From Cyanidioschyzon merolae (Eukaryota), in the NCBI GenBank assembly GCA_000091205.1, contig AP006501.2: 64,000 bases of DNA; one strand, given 5' to 3'. The notes under the pieces were generated by a model. The model was not told the DNA's origin. It was given only the letters and a program-made list of their open reading frames with translations, and ran no database searches. This document shows, piece after piece, positions 23,493 to 34,906 of this stretch. The translations under genes were made by a program, and so were the position numbers. How positions within the stretch are numbered: the stretch's first letter is position 1; every line of letters starts with the position of its first letter.

Positions 23493-24834
23493 CTAGCACG
23501 TGACTCGCGCGATGAAACCACAAGCTTCTCCAGGCTCCGTGCAGAGCTGTCGTACCGAGATCCCAGGTCAGCTGGTTTTGCGGGTATTATTGACTTGGGG
23601 AAAGCGTTTTCGTTACGCTTGACGTTGCAAGCGAGACCCCGGACGTGGAGCTTGCGACAAACGGCGAGTCTGCCACCTGTGCTGCGGACTGTAGAATTGG
23701 TACGCAATTTGCGTCGGCAATTGTCAGATTCGAAGCTTTCAATTCAGCTGTGCTCCGGATCTAGGTTCATGCCATCAAATGCTTATTCGCGATGTATAAC
23801 TGATATGTTTGAAGTGCGTTGATTTTGAAGAAATCAAAAACCTAGGGGAACAGTACGGATATGCAAGTCGGGGATTCTGGAGGGCTCTCATCGCCGGGTA
23901 CTGGAAAAAAAACGAAAAAAGCTCTTCTGGTCGAGAATGGAGCGGAGAAGAGAAAGTGACGAAGACGAATAACAATAGGGCATATATGCGGGAAAATGTG
24001 TTTGTCCGACGAGACAATGACGGCACTGTAGTAGCACAGAGGGCCCGTGTTCGAGGAATCTATGCATTGGTGAGTTCGGCCAGAGACAACAAACGCATGG
24101 GGTACGTGAACCGAGACTCCAACAACGCCGTCATCAATTTCAGACGATATGAGACGCTGAAGACGAGACCCGAGGAGCTCAGGCGAACTCAGTTTCATGG
24201 TGTGGCCTCTCAGGCGCGACGTATAAGGCGAGAAACAAAAGCCAATAGCGGGCGGCCAGTCTAAAAAGGGTGGGAGGCGTCTGTGATTGAGTAGATATAT
24301 TTACTCTCCATGATCGCGGAACGTTTTGCTCCTTTGAACATGGAATTTAACAGTGAACTCTTCAGACTGTTCCTTTCTTTCGATTTCGTGTCGGAGTCTT
24401 TTTAGAAGTGCACCCTCGACAACCGCAACGCAGCAATGAGGGTTCTGACGATTCATACTTGTTTATGATTCTTGGTCGTCTTCTCCAAGTGACTGATTCG
24501 ACCATTTGCTGCTTGAATTCCTTACGGCACAGGGGTAAAGATGCTCTGTGACGCCCTCGAGCAAAGCTTCGAATCATAATCGATATTATCGCCCTTTGCA
24601 TATGTTCAAGTCTGTACGCTTCTCCTTTCTTAGCGTATGGCATGCGAAAGTCGTGCATTCCTCATTTCCTCAACCTTTCTGTTTGAAGCCGACCTGTGCA
24701 CACTGCAATTCGCACGCTTCCATGAACGTGGAAATTACTCGACGTCGAGCCTTGACGACCGGTTCACAAGCACATGCCCAACGCTCACTGAACTCGACGT
24801 ACGATTCTAGAATCGATTCAATTTGGGAGGCAAA

Positions 24835-25532
24835 TCAGCCGCGCGCTGTGGCTATCGACGAACCGACATGGAGCAACTGGTCGACACCTCTCACGGTACG
24901 TGCTGCAAGAGGCTTCCGTCTCTTCTGTTTGCACGAAAACTGGTCTCGGACATCCACTTCAGTTATCACAGCGATCGCTTCCAGCGCAGCGTGCAGCAAC
25001 GCTTGACAAGAAGCGAGCCTAGCCGGATCGAATTTTCTCGATTTGTTCCCCAAAATGGATATAACTTTCCGTGCTTGCTGCATCAACGACAGCACCCGAT
25101 GCCGCATATCACCCATCGAATGGAACAGAGTGCACTTGTGTGCGCACTGGAAAGAGCTCTCTCCTGGCGAATCGCCCAGCGGATGCCCGTATTCGTGGGG
25201 TACGTACGGCACTGGGTGCTACGCATCCAGACTTGGCTTGTGCAGCCATCAAGGGCAACTACCAAACGATAAATCAAGCCTTCATGTACCAAAGGGCAGC
25301 ACTCGGAGCAGGCGTTTTTGATGAGATACCGAACCACCTGACCACAGCCAAGTGTCACCGCTTCGACGGGCGCATCGAGGGTGTCGACGGACACCATAGA
25401 AATGACAAGCAAAGTGCAGATCTCAGCTTCCGTCTCTGCACGAAATGCAGCGACAATCGTCCACAGCGGCGAAATCGGAACTCGAACGTCGCCATCAGCA
25501 TCCTTCCACTGCTGGTAACAGATCTGCAGCAC
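24835..25532. other. Paralogous segment A of a two-member diverged duplicated family (partner at 33192..33855). The coding strand is not resolved.
   Basis: The minus-strand frame gives TLFHSMGDMRHRVLSLMQQARKVISILGNKSRKFD...EAIAVITEVDV. It aligns with TLFHSMEDLWGAMLSMTGHVPKGISRVENPSKNFD...EAIAAVSQVRV in segment B. DNA is ~64% identical over >130 bp, with a 16-bp exact core ccatcgaatggaacag. Confidence 0.5.
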
Positions 25533-26246
25533 GAATAGAGATCCGCATATTCAAAGCCTATGGTATGCGAGAAGCAGACCGAGTTTTCGCACAAGTCCAG
25601 ATTGACTCATGTTCATGACACCATGAACAGACTGTACGCCAACGCTCGCAACGAAGACTCGTTTTCCTGCCGTCTCACACGGGTGTCGTTCCGTGCACCT
25701 ACCATCCAGCTTCCACGAGGGCGCCGCAGGGCCCTGGCGTCTGATCCGCGCCCGATGCCGCTGCGTGCGTGCAGCTGGCGGGAAAGAGGCAACGCGCAGC
25801 CGTTTCGATTGGCGACGTCCCGCCAGCAGCTTGCCGGTGCTAGCGCGCGCGACTCAGCTGCCGCAACCGCTTCGCACAAGCGTCCGAAGGTGAAGTCGTG
25901 TAGAGGGTTCTCGTGGACCAAAAGTTCACCTGCACTGGAACGTAACCGCTTTGCTGTTCCCGAACAAAAGTCGAGCCAGATTTCGGTTGTTTTATTTTGT
26001 CGTTTGGACGTCAACTGGCTGCAGCGCAGAACCCCGAGGCAAGGCCTTCTGAACGCCGTCGGGCGGCAGGTGCCAGCCTCACTGAAGAACCGAACAGCGC
26101 TGCGAGAGTTGCACAGTTTGGGCTGGCGCGTTTACTTGGGTGTGCGACCCAAGTTTGGCTAAATATCGCTCACTGACACACTTGTTAGATTCCCGAGCAA
26201 GACAACGCGTTCGAACAGAAGTCTGTTTTGCTCCTTCTACACCAAA

Positions 26247-26942
26247 ATGGCGACTGCAGGCTCTGAACAAGCCCCGATCTCATTACGTGGTAGCACGGAT
26301 ACGGTCATTGAGTTTCTGCGGTGCGCGATCTACTCTATTCTATACCAGAGGGGCATTTATCCACCAGAGATGTTTCGTCGTGCCTCGAAATTCGGCACGA
26401 GCGTCCTCGTCGCACAAGAAGCCCAGCTCGACTCCTACATAGAGCGCATCCTGCAACGTCATCTGCGCCTGTGGGTCCTGCGAGGGTCTGTGCACCGTGT
26501 CGTGCTCGCATTCGCTGCCACTGCCGATCCAGGTCGTATTCTAGAACGATGGCACTTCGATCTCCATATGGAGCAGCGGGCTACTGAGGATTCAAGCGTC
26601 CCTCGGGACGAATCTGTAGTCATGAGGGAAATCCAGGCAATCATTCGGCAGATTACTGCATCGGTAACGTTCCTGCCGCTGCTCGATGAGCCTTGCTCCT
26701 TCGATCTGTTGGTTTACACCGATCCTGCCCTTGAGGCAGATGCCAATGAGTGGGAGGAAAGCGACGCGAAGCTCATTACCGCTCCCCGCTGCGAACAAGT
26801 GAAGCTGCGTTCCTTCACGACGAATGTGCATCGAGTCGAAACCGGTGTTGCGTATGCCTGTAAAGAGCTCACCGATACTTCGTATCCATTTCGAAAGCCA
26901 ATACTGCCGCAAACATTCCACGTGGCGACCGCGCTCGCCTGA
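26247..26942 (+). CDS. MAD2: Mitotic spindle assembly checkpoint protein MAD2 (HORMA domain).
   Basis: Near-colinear match to MAD2 consensus: ISLRGSTDTVIEFL..AIYSILYQRGIYPPEMF....KFG...LV......YIE.I...L..W........VVL.......ILERWHFD......IQAIIRQITASVTFLPLLDEPCSFDLLVYTD....EWEES......KLRSFTT.VH.V...VAY. Confidence 0.9.
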   Translation: MATAGSEQAPISLRGSTDTVIEFLRCAIYSILYQRGIYPPEMFRRASKFGTSVLVAQEAQLDSYIERILQRHLRLWVLRGSVHRVVLAFAATADPGRILERWHFDLHMEQRATEDSSVPRDESVVMREIQAIIRQITASVTFLPLLDEPCSFDLLVYTDPALEADANEWEESDAKLITAPRCEQVKLRSFTTNVHRVETGVAYACKELTDTSYPFRKPILPQTFHVATALA

Positions 26943-28012
26943 TCAGAGGACTGCAGTCGAAGAGACGCGTGGTCGCCTGCTCGCGCATGCGCTCTACAAA
27001 AACATATCAGGTTGCGAAGCGTCGTCGCAATCGCTCCTTTTCAAGCCCGTGCGCATGCAACACCTGAACGACTTCAACTTGCTGCTCGCTGGACGCGGTC
27101 CGCATGAGGCTGCTGATTGAAGAACGAACATTCTCCACCGGGTTCCCGGTAAGCGCACTCGGTGAAAATATTTCACAACGCATGAGATGGAGATTGCCCA
27201 GGTTTGGTCGCTAGCATAAAGACTTCAGCGTAGCCAGCGTCAGTTTGGGCGAAGACGTCGGGCCGCAACAGACCCGCTCACGCTAGAGCCTTTTGCGCAA
27301 TGCGAGAACGCACCTCTACGCACTCTCACTTTATCAAAACGTAGATACGCAGGTGTTATCACGGTGGCGAGAAGCCCAACGAGTTAACCGTTCGGTTCCG
27401 CAAGCTGCAATGCACCATTCCAGCTGCATGCTTCCACGAGACCTCACCAGATTTTAACCTTCAAGCTGCGGATTCCACACCAGTTTCAACTGTTAAAACT
27501 GACCTGCTGAGTAGAATTTCGGAATCTCCAACCAAAAATACACATGGATGCTTTTCTCGAGCTCTCCATGATACCGCTAGAAGCCTCAGGTCACAGAAAG
27601 CCCTGTCTGAGTGCATCCATCGCAATGATCGTGCAAGACAGGTATCCGACCTGTGTTTGGGTCACGCTCGTAAGAACCGCCGCTGCAGTAACGAGACCCA
27701 CGTGAACGAAAGCAACACACGACTCAGCATGAGCATGTTCCGGACTTGGATACTCAAGCAGAGATGCATCTTGATCCATGCCGCAGCTAGCCGGAAGACG
27801 CGGATCATCATCGACGCAGTGCTCATCTCTCGATGTCTACCTATCCATCAGATGATGCGTCGTCGTTCCGGACTCTTCATGGATGACCGGATACGTGAAG
27901 GCGCATGTTCGGAAACCGCAACCGCCTTGCGTTGCCAAGCTGCCTAGAAAGCGCCGTGCTGTCGATTGCGAATTGAGCTAGTTTTCAATTCTAGATCACG
28001 ACCCTAGCTCCC

Positions 28013-29341
28013 TTACAAGTCGGGTAACTCTATTACTGGGCCCGACTGACCAAAGCGCCACGTTAAGAGCGCAAGAATTCCGATAAGGACGACCATCAGC
28101 GCTATCCAATTCTGGGAGTACGGCAGTACAAGTTCGGCCCGTACGCGATTCTGCATTCGCGCTGAGAGTCGACCTTGTTCTTGGCGCAGCTTACGTCGAA
28201 GTCGCCGATCCCGCAGCTCTAAGACTCTTGCTGAAATACGCGGAACGTAACGGCGGATTACGAGCACTGAACTCGATCCCCGTCGCTCTACGCTCGTTGT
28301 AATACGAGAAAAAACAGGTTCCAGCTCCTTGAGCTGAAACAGCATCGCCAAATCTAGTTCGTCGGAATCATTCGCCGCCGATGGAGATCGCACCACAGCC
28401 TGGTCGCTTGCGAGGCGACTTCTGCTAAGTGCCTCCTCGACGCTCTCGCCTGGTAACATGGGCACCTCCTCCGTCAGCTCTTGGAACTGCATCGAAACTC
28501 GATCGGATCGTTTTAACTCCTGCAAGAGTCGCCGCCACTCGAGTTCCTCCTCCATAACGGACATTTGATTGTTCGCATTGTTTTTCTGGCCGAGTGTTCG
28601 CCATCGGCCAGCCAAAATTTCACTCAGAAGCGCAAGTCGTGGACGCTCATGCATGCGGATTTCGCCCGGTTGCCGAGTCAACTCGCTTAAATCCAGCCAG
28701 TAGTCTTCGCCGCGTTCACGTCCACTCAGAGACTCACGAACAAGTGGAACAGACTCGAGTTGCTCGACATTAATGTCGGGCGGCAGGCCCTGTTCCGTTT
28801 CGAATGCTTCCCGGAGCGCCCGCTGTTCCTCCGTGGTAGCGCGTCTTCGCTGCGTCTCTCGCCATAACCGCCGCCGTTCGGCAATCGTCCGAACAGGCTG
28901 GTTTCGACGCCGTTCAAGTTCCGTTCGCAGAAACGACGGATCGTCCGGACGCACGAGACCGTCGTCTAATTCACTTGAGGTCGAGTCTGTCACTTGGTCA
29001 GAGTCGTTGTGGGCACTAACGTTTGTGGAAAACGCCCTATCAGCTGTGCGTTCCAAGTTCTCGAACGACCTGGCCGTCCCTCTTTGAACCGGTTGCGGCT
29101 CATTCTCAGGCGGCGGTTCGCTGCCTTTCGCACGAGCTGCACCGGATGCAGGCGCTCGTCCAGGGCCAGCCCCTGCGGGCAGGTCGCGCTGCTCGGCCCA
29201 GAGGCGCACTCGTGGCACCTGGACGCGCCCGCAAGCCGAACGGGAGACTATGTGGTGTCGTTGACACCTATTTGTCGACCGAGACTGGCAAAAACTACTG
29301 GTTCCACAAAGAATAAACGAGGTCTGGTGCGTCTCTACCAT
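28013..29341 (-). CDS. Hypothetical tail-anchored coiled-coil membrane protein (442 aa). It has a single C-terminal transmembrane helix. Start uncertain.
   Basis: Long ORF. Arg/Glu-rich predicted coiled coils. C-terminus NWIALMVVLIGILALLTWRF followed by ~12 residues, a tail-anchor architecture. No family assigned. Confidence 0.5.
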   Translation of the reverse strand: MVETHQTSFILCGTSSFCQSRSTNRCQRHHIVSRSACGRVQVPRVRLWAEQRDLPAGAGPGRAPASGAARAKGSEPPPENEPQPVQRGTARSFENLERTADRAFSTNVSAHNDSDQVTDSTSSELDDGLVRPDDPSFLRTELERRRNQPVRTIAERRRLWRETQRRRATTEEQRALREAFETEQGLPPDINVEQLESVPLVRESLSGRERGEDYWLDLSELTRQPGEIRMHERPRLALLSEILAGRWRTLGQKNNANNQMSVMEEELEWRRLLQELKRSDRVSMQFQELTEEVPMLPGESVEEALSRSRLASDQAVVRSPSAANDSDELDLAMLFQLKELEPVFSRITTSVERRGSSSVLVIRRYVPRISARVLELRDRRLRRKLRQEQGRLSARMQNRVRAELVLPYSQNWIALMVVLIGILALLTWRFGQSGPVIELPDL

Positions 29342-30804
29342 GTCTGAGGTCGAACGGCTCTGTCACACGGCCACACGTTCCAAAGCTTTTGCCGTCGGGA
29401 GTTGTCTCTATCCTCGAGCGCACAAAGAGGTGGTTCTCGAACCGCGAAAACTTTTGCTCGAATACCCGGAAGCGCAAGAACTTGAGAGCAAAACTCGCGG
29501 ACTACCGGAAAGCTACCGCGTTCGCACAGCAACGCAGCAGGTATAGCGCTGCTGCAGAGGGAGCGGTCGCGTGAGCTTAGACGCCACGACCGAGATGCGC
29601 GACCCAATCATGCAGCTTCTGAGAAACGATACTAAACTGTATATTTCTATACCCTATCATTTCTGCATAATACTCTATTATACGGACAGTGATCTTGAGC
29701 CTCCCTGGGAGTCGCCGATTTCTTTCGTTCGTATTGAGCCAATGAGCAGAGAGCCGCCAACTTCAAAGACTTTCAAGGGGAAACGACCTACAAGATGTTT
29801 GGTTTTTGCCCATAGAGCTCGACGTGCATTCGCGCGCAATGACTAAACTCCCGCTCGTTCGACAAAAGCGTCCAACGAGTGCCGGAAACCATTCAGGGCG
29901 ATACACATGCACTAGAAGCACCAATGCGCGCCGCAACTGCTACAGAAGAAGCGGTCTCGACAGAGGCAAATGCACGAAATGGTTTACGGTGCTTTGGTCG
30001 ACCGTCGGATGGCGAGGCAATCCCAACGCAGAGGCTCGTTGCGGTGGGATTCCACCGGCAACCACGCGCGCAAACACTTTCTGCATCGAGTCCTGAATGT
30101 TTTGGTTAGCATCCGGAAATGCCTCATACTTCGGGAGCGTCGAGCTGCTTTTGTTGACCGAACTTGCAAGGAAATTCCCGGTGACTCAATATGGGCAGTG
30201 TGCTCGAATGCTGAAGAATTTGCGTGAAAAAATCAATGTCCAGGATACAGGGGCTTTGGATGCTGCCATGGAACAAGGCACTGGCATCGTTCGTTCCACG
30301 ATTCAGTTGTGCTAAAGCGCCGCAAACATACTCCAGCAACGCTTCTCCTCGGCAAATCGTAAACAATAATCGTGTTCCACGATTCGATGTCGCCGCGTAC
30401 GTCCCCAGGGAGTGCTCATGTGTCGTGATTATCCGCGCTCGTTGACCAGATGAGGCGCATCTCGCGTCACCTTTAACGCATACCTGCGATCCAATATCTG
30501 GTCTAGAATTGCACAACCTCTCGTCTGAATGGAACTCGCCCTGTGCCAAATCAGGAAACACTATATTTAGTTGCCAGCCTCGTGTGCACTACCCGAATAG
30601 ACGCTGCGCCAAAAGCCGATCAAAGCGAACTGGAGCGAGCGGTGCCCAGCTGCCAAAATTGGCACCAAAGGCGCAACGATTCCGGTGACGATCACCTGGG
30701 GACGGAGCGCCACGAGCGCGCCGCATTCTGGCTAGGCAATATTTGGTGGTTTGTGTCGTTGCTCGCAAAACTGCGCGTGCTTTTTCCTTCTAATTGCTTC
30801 ATTG

Positions 30805-31527
30805 ATGCGTCGTTTTCATCTACCTTACGCTATTCTTCTATTACTAAGTATTTTCTTCTTCGCGCCATGTATGCAAGCTGCGCCTTTGATCGAGATCGAC
30901 TCGGATACCTTGCTACGGATAACGACACCTGCGCCGTCGCTTCCTCCGCTCCCGCCGAGTGTGCTCGCACAAGTCGAGGCTGCCGAGCACCGCGGCCGTA
31001 ATGTGACTGGTCCACATATCAACGCCACTGTTGCTGCTGCTTTGAACTATACACAGTTCGAGTACACTTTAGTCAACGCACTGTACGAAATCGATCAGAG
31101 TCTATGTCTGAACGAGGCGCTCACAATGGGTGCGGCCGATGTCGCTGCAATGCTGAGCGAGTGCACTGTCGACCAGGTGAACAATGGCAGCTGCAGCTAC
31201 GCGACCAAGTCGGCGGTGGAGTCTATGTTTCAAACGGTCGGCTGGAGCAGCCCTGATTTTGCAGGCGTCGCACTAGCGAGAAAGTTTCCCGCGGCGTTCT
31301 TCAACTGGTCTGGTCCGGCCGGAGAGGGAGGCGACGGTCTGCGCGGCATCCGCGCCTATGCTGCTGCCCTCGAGGTTACGGATATCGTGACGCGGGAACT
31401 TGGACCGGCGGTACGCAGCGGCCTGTACAAGCTTGCAGCAGCTGGAGCCGTTGAATTGCTAAACGATGAGGTTTATGCGTACGTTGTGATTGGGAAGGCG
31501 GCGGGTCAGACTTGCTATGAGCCCTGA
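30805..31527 (+). CDS. Hypothetical secreted protein with N-terminal signal peptide (ORF open from 30751).
   Basis: MRRFHLPYAILLLLSIFFFAPCMQA-APL hydrophobic signal sequence. Several N-x-S/T sites (NVTG, NATV, NYTQ, NGSC, NWSG). Cys-containing, 240 aa. No recognised family. Confidence 0.5.
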   Translation: MRRFHLPYAILLLLSIFFFAPCMQAAPLIEIDSDTLLRITTPAPSLPPLPPSVLAQVEAAEHRGRNVTGPHINATVAAALNYTQFEYTLVNALYEIDQSLCLNEALTMGAADVAAMLSECTVDQVNNGSCSYATKSAVESMFQTVGWSSPDFAGVALARKFPAAFFNWSGPAGEGGDGLRGIRAYAAALEVTDIVTRELGPAVRSGLYKLAAAGAVELLNDEVYAYVVIGKAAGQTCYEP

Positions 31528-33191
31528 GTTTCGCGGAAGCGTCGCTTCGACGCCGCAATGGAGCTCTGAGAGTCAGAAAGTGCTGCGTAAAGGGACTGTG
31601 AGTTTATTTGGGAACGCGGTTTCATATCACATGAGAATGTTCAGTGCACACAGCTGAAATGAGCTGTCGAGCATCGTTCACCTGGTCGGAGTCGATAGTC
31701 ATGCTCCAAAGGTTTTCTTCCGGCTTCCGCACTTGCGTTCACATAGAGGACCCAGAGAGGCAGCTAGAGGCTTACCCTGATATCCAAAGTTCTGACGCAA
31801 ATACAGCGACGTTGCTTTCGTCACCAAATGCGGCAAGAGGTAAAGTTTCCACAAAATTGAGGATGCTCCCAAAGGAAACATACCCTGACGCCATCCCTTC
31901 TCCCTGAAAGACACGAAATAGCTGAGCGATTCGCTGCACCTGTTTCTTCGCAACATCTCCTGGCTGGAGACACGCACCTGCTCTGTCATTATCATCAGGT
32001 CGGCGCCACGCAGTGCTTGATGATGTACGAACGCTCTGGACGAGTATGCGTCGCAGCATGCTACCGAGCCCGAGCGCACAGCAGCATGCGGAAACGTCCT
32101 CGAGCAACTGTGGCAAACCAACGCAGCGACCTCCTTGCGGAGCAGCGACGCGAATGCGGCGCGCATGCACGCTGATAGACTACCGGCTGCAGCACTGCCG
32201 CGCAGCGATGTACGGACTGGTACCGCGGCACACCGACGCGTTTGCCAGCGTCATCGTATACGTAAAATCTGCAACGTGCTAGATGAAGGATCTCAGCTGT
32301 TCTGCTGACGCTGCTGTCTCACATCAGCCCCAGACAGGTCCGTCTCGGTCGCATGGAAAGGCATGATTGCTTCAAAGATGCAGCCAGTCCTTCTTTTCAG
32401 CGACAGGTTCAGTGAATCTTACCGGGCATCCCCGAGTGTGCGACGATATGCGGAGGCAAGGAGGGCCGCAATCGGTGTACAGCGCACCGTCCGCACTTCC
32501 TATAACGCTGGACGCAGCGTCTTAGCCGCAAGGAACGAGCCGGCATCGACCACAGGGCCAGCGTTTCTTCCAGGATGGAGGATCGTCGACACGATCGGGG
32601 AATCCCCGATCGCGCTCAATGGATATCGGCATCCGGGAGCGCGTCTCGGATGTCGCACCAGACCTACACCGGTATCAGACGAAAATGAAACACTGAACTA
32701 CTCGCTCTGCCCGTGCTTTTTGATTGTTCTCCCGAATAGTTTTAGGTTTACAGCCTCCGCACTTGGAATCCAGCTTTGAGGCCGTACGGACTTGAACATA
32801 GTGTCAGGAGTCTCGATCGTCTATTTTGGCGTAGCTGTTGCAACGCTTTGCTGGTGGAATTCGTGACGACACTTGAATCAAGGTTCTTTCACGACACCCT
32901 CGAGCAAGCGTTCGTAAAATTACCGATTTCATTATCCACGTAATACGTAAAAACCGCCGCTCTTCTCCGTTTCTTGTGCTGAGCAAGCTAAAATCACGCA
33001 TTCTTCATCTTGTCGATCTTTCTATTTCAGGGAACATGCGGGCGCAGCAATGCGCGCCGCTGGATTGACGAGGAGAAAAGCCCCACGCCCTTTGACTCCT
33101 TGTTCACGAACTCTTGCCAAAAGTTCCAAGATCTTGTTACGTTACAGCACCAATTTGATTCGTTAGGCAAATCCTACTATTTTTCGGGTCA

Positions 33192-33855
33192 TCAACGGCA
33201 CTGCATTCGACAGCAGCGTAATATCGCCCACGGAATATGCTTTGAGATGCTCCAGTTCCTTTTATTTCCATGGAAAAAAGTTTTTTGCACTCGCACCTGA
33301 CTCACCGCAGCAATCGCTTCCATTGGAGAGTCCGTCACCGCTTTGGATGTGGAGAGCGCACACCGATCGAAGTTTTTCGAAGGATTCTCCACTCGGGATA
33401 TTCCTTTCGGTACGTGTCCCGTCATAGACAACATCGCGCCCCACAAATCCTCCATCGAATGGAACAGCGTGCGCTTCCTTATGTCACGGACAAAGCACTT
33501 GCCGTGGGAATCGGCCAGAAGAACCCCGTGATCGTAGCGTAGGCCACGGTGGCGGAAAAGGCGAAGGGTACTGAGGCGAGCCCCCGGTACCCTTCGCGGG
33601 CATGCATAGATCGATGAGGCAAGCGTTCGCGTGCCAAATGGCGATGCTCGGCGGAGAAGGCGTATGGGACATATGTGTACACCTGACTTCAGTCTCCCGT
33701 GTCACCTCGGCGGAAGTTGCACCGAGGCTGCCTTCAGAAAAGGAGAAAATGGTCAGCGAAATGTAGCTCACAACTTCGGCGCCTTCATGAATTGCGTGTA
33801 CAACAGCCTGAAACTTCGAAATATGGACTTGAGCACTGATAACAACTTTCGTCAA
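33192..33855. other. Paralogous segment B (partner of 24835..25532).
   Basis: See segment A. Collinear minus-strand ORFs 33484..33855 and 33192..33455, and plus-strand ORF 33270..33542, all share similarity with the A locus. Confidence 0.5.
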
Positions 33856-34423
33856 CGGCTGACAACGGTGCCGGATACAAAGGAGAGACCGGCGTATTTA
33901 AAGCAGGATATAGTGGTGAGGAAAACGCAGCAGTCGCCGCAAAAACACGCAAATGCTGGTGTTGAATACAATGAGAAGAGCCCCATGCTTTCGAGTCTAT
34001 AACCGCGTCAGCGATCTGGAACCGTCCCAGTTCAGGCTGACCTAGGTCTGGGGATTTCCCGTACCGCCCGTGGCGCTTGGATGCGCACGCGCACGTCCAT
34101 CTGTGCGAGGCCTCGCCGCGTCGCCGTCGCCATCGTCGTCGACGACGACGATGATGGACATAGGTATCACATGCGCCGGCGCTTCGACATAACCTTGCAA
34201 AGCGTATTGTGAGGACTCCGGTTGAGAAAACTGACGTAGCATCCGGCGACGTTGAGCAGACGTGCGCCTGCCAAGAATTCGGGACTTCTGTTTACTGCAC
34301 ACTCTGTTATTGCACTCTGGATTTCCGTCAGCAAGGCGGAGCTAAAATACTGATCAGATTTTCTAGGACCTCCGCTGCGAACGACGACGCTGAGCACGCG
34401 AACGCCGGCGGCTGCGGGAAACG

Positions 34424-34906
34424 ATGGCGGAGCAGCACGATCTCGAGGTTTTGGCGACCGGTGATGCGGGAGCGTCTGATGTGACTCCGATTCAAGCCGG
34501 GGCGGTGAAGAAAGGCGTGTATGTTGTGTTGAAGGGGCAGCCCTGTAAGTGTGTGGATGTGAGCACCAGCAAAACCGGGAAACACGGACATGCCAAGGCC
34601 AATATCGTGGGCCTTGATATATTTACGGGCAAGAAATATGAGGATGTTGCACCAACGAGCCATACCATGTACCAACCAGTGGTGGTTCGTTCCGAGTACC
34701 AGCTAATCGACATCGACGCTGAAAACTTTTGCTCGCTGATGGACGACAAGGGTGAAACCCGTGAGGACCTCAAGCTCGACCCCGATAACGATCCCGTGCA
34801 TGCTAAAATCAAGGAAGACTTTGAAGCCGGGAAACAGCTGACAGTGGTTGTCCTCAAGGCGATGAAACAGGAAAAAATCATGCAGTCCAAGGAGCTGAAC
34901 GAGTGA
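34424..34906 (+). CDS. eIF5A: Eukaryotic translation initiation factor 5A (eIF-5A).
   Basis: 160 aa. Hypusine loop STSKTGKHGHAK is present exactly. VYVVLKGQPCKCVDV and the C-terminal OB-fold region are conserved. Confidence 0.95.
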   Translation: MAEQHDLEVLATGDAGASDVTPIQAGAVKKGVYVVLKGQPCKCVDVSTSKTGKHGHAKANIVGLDIFTGKKYEDVAPTSHTMYQPVVVRSEYQLIDIDAENFCSLMDDKGETREDLKLDPDNDPVHAKIKEDFEAGKQLTVVVLKAMKQEKIMQSKELNE

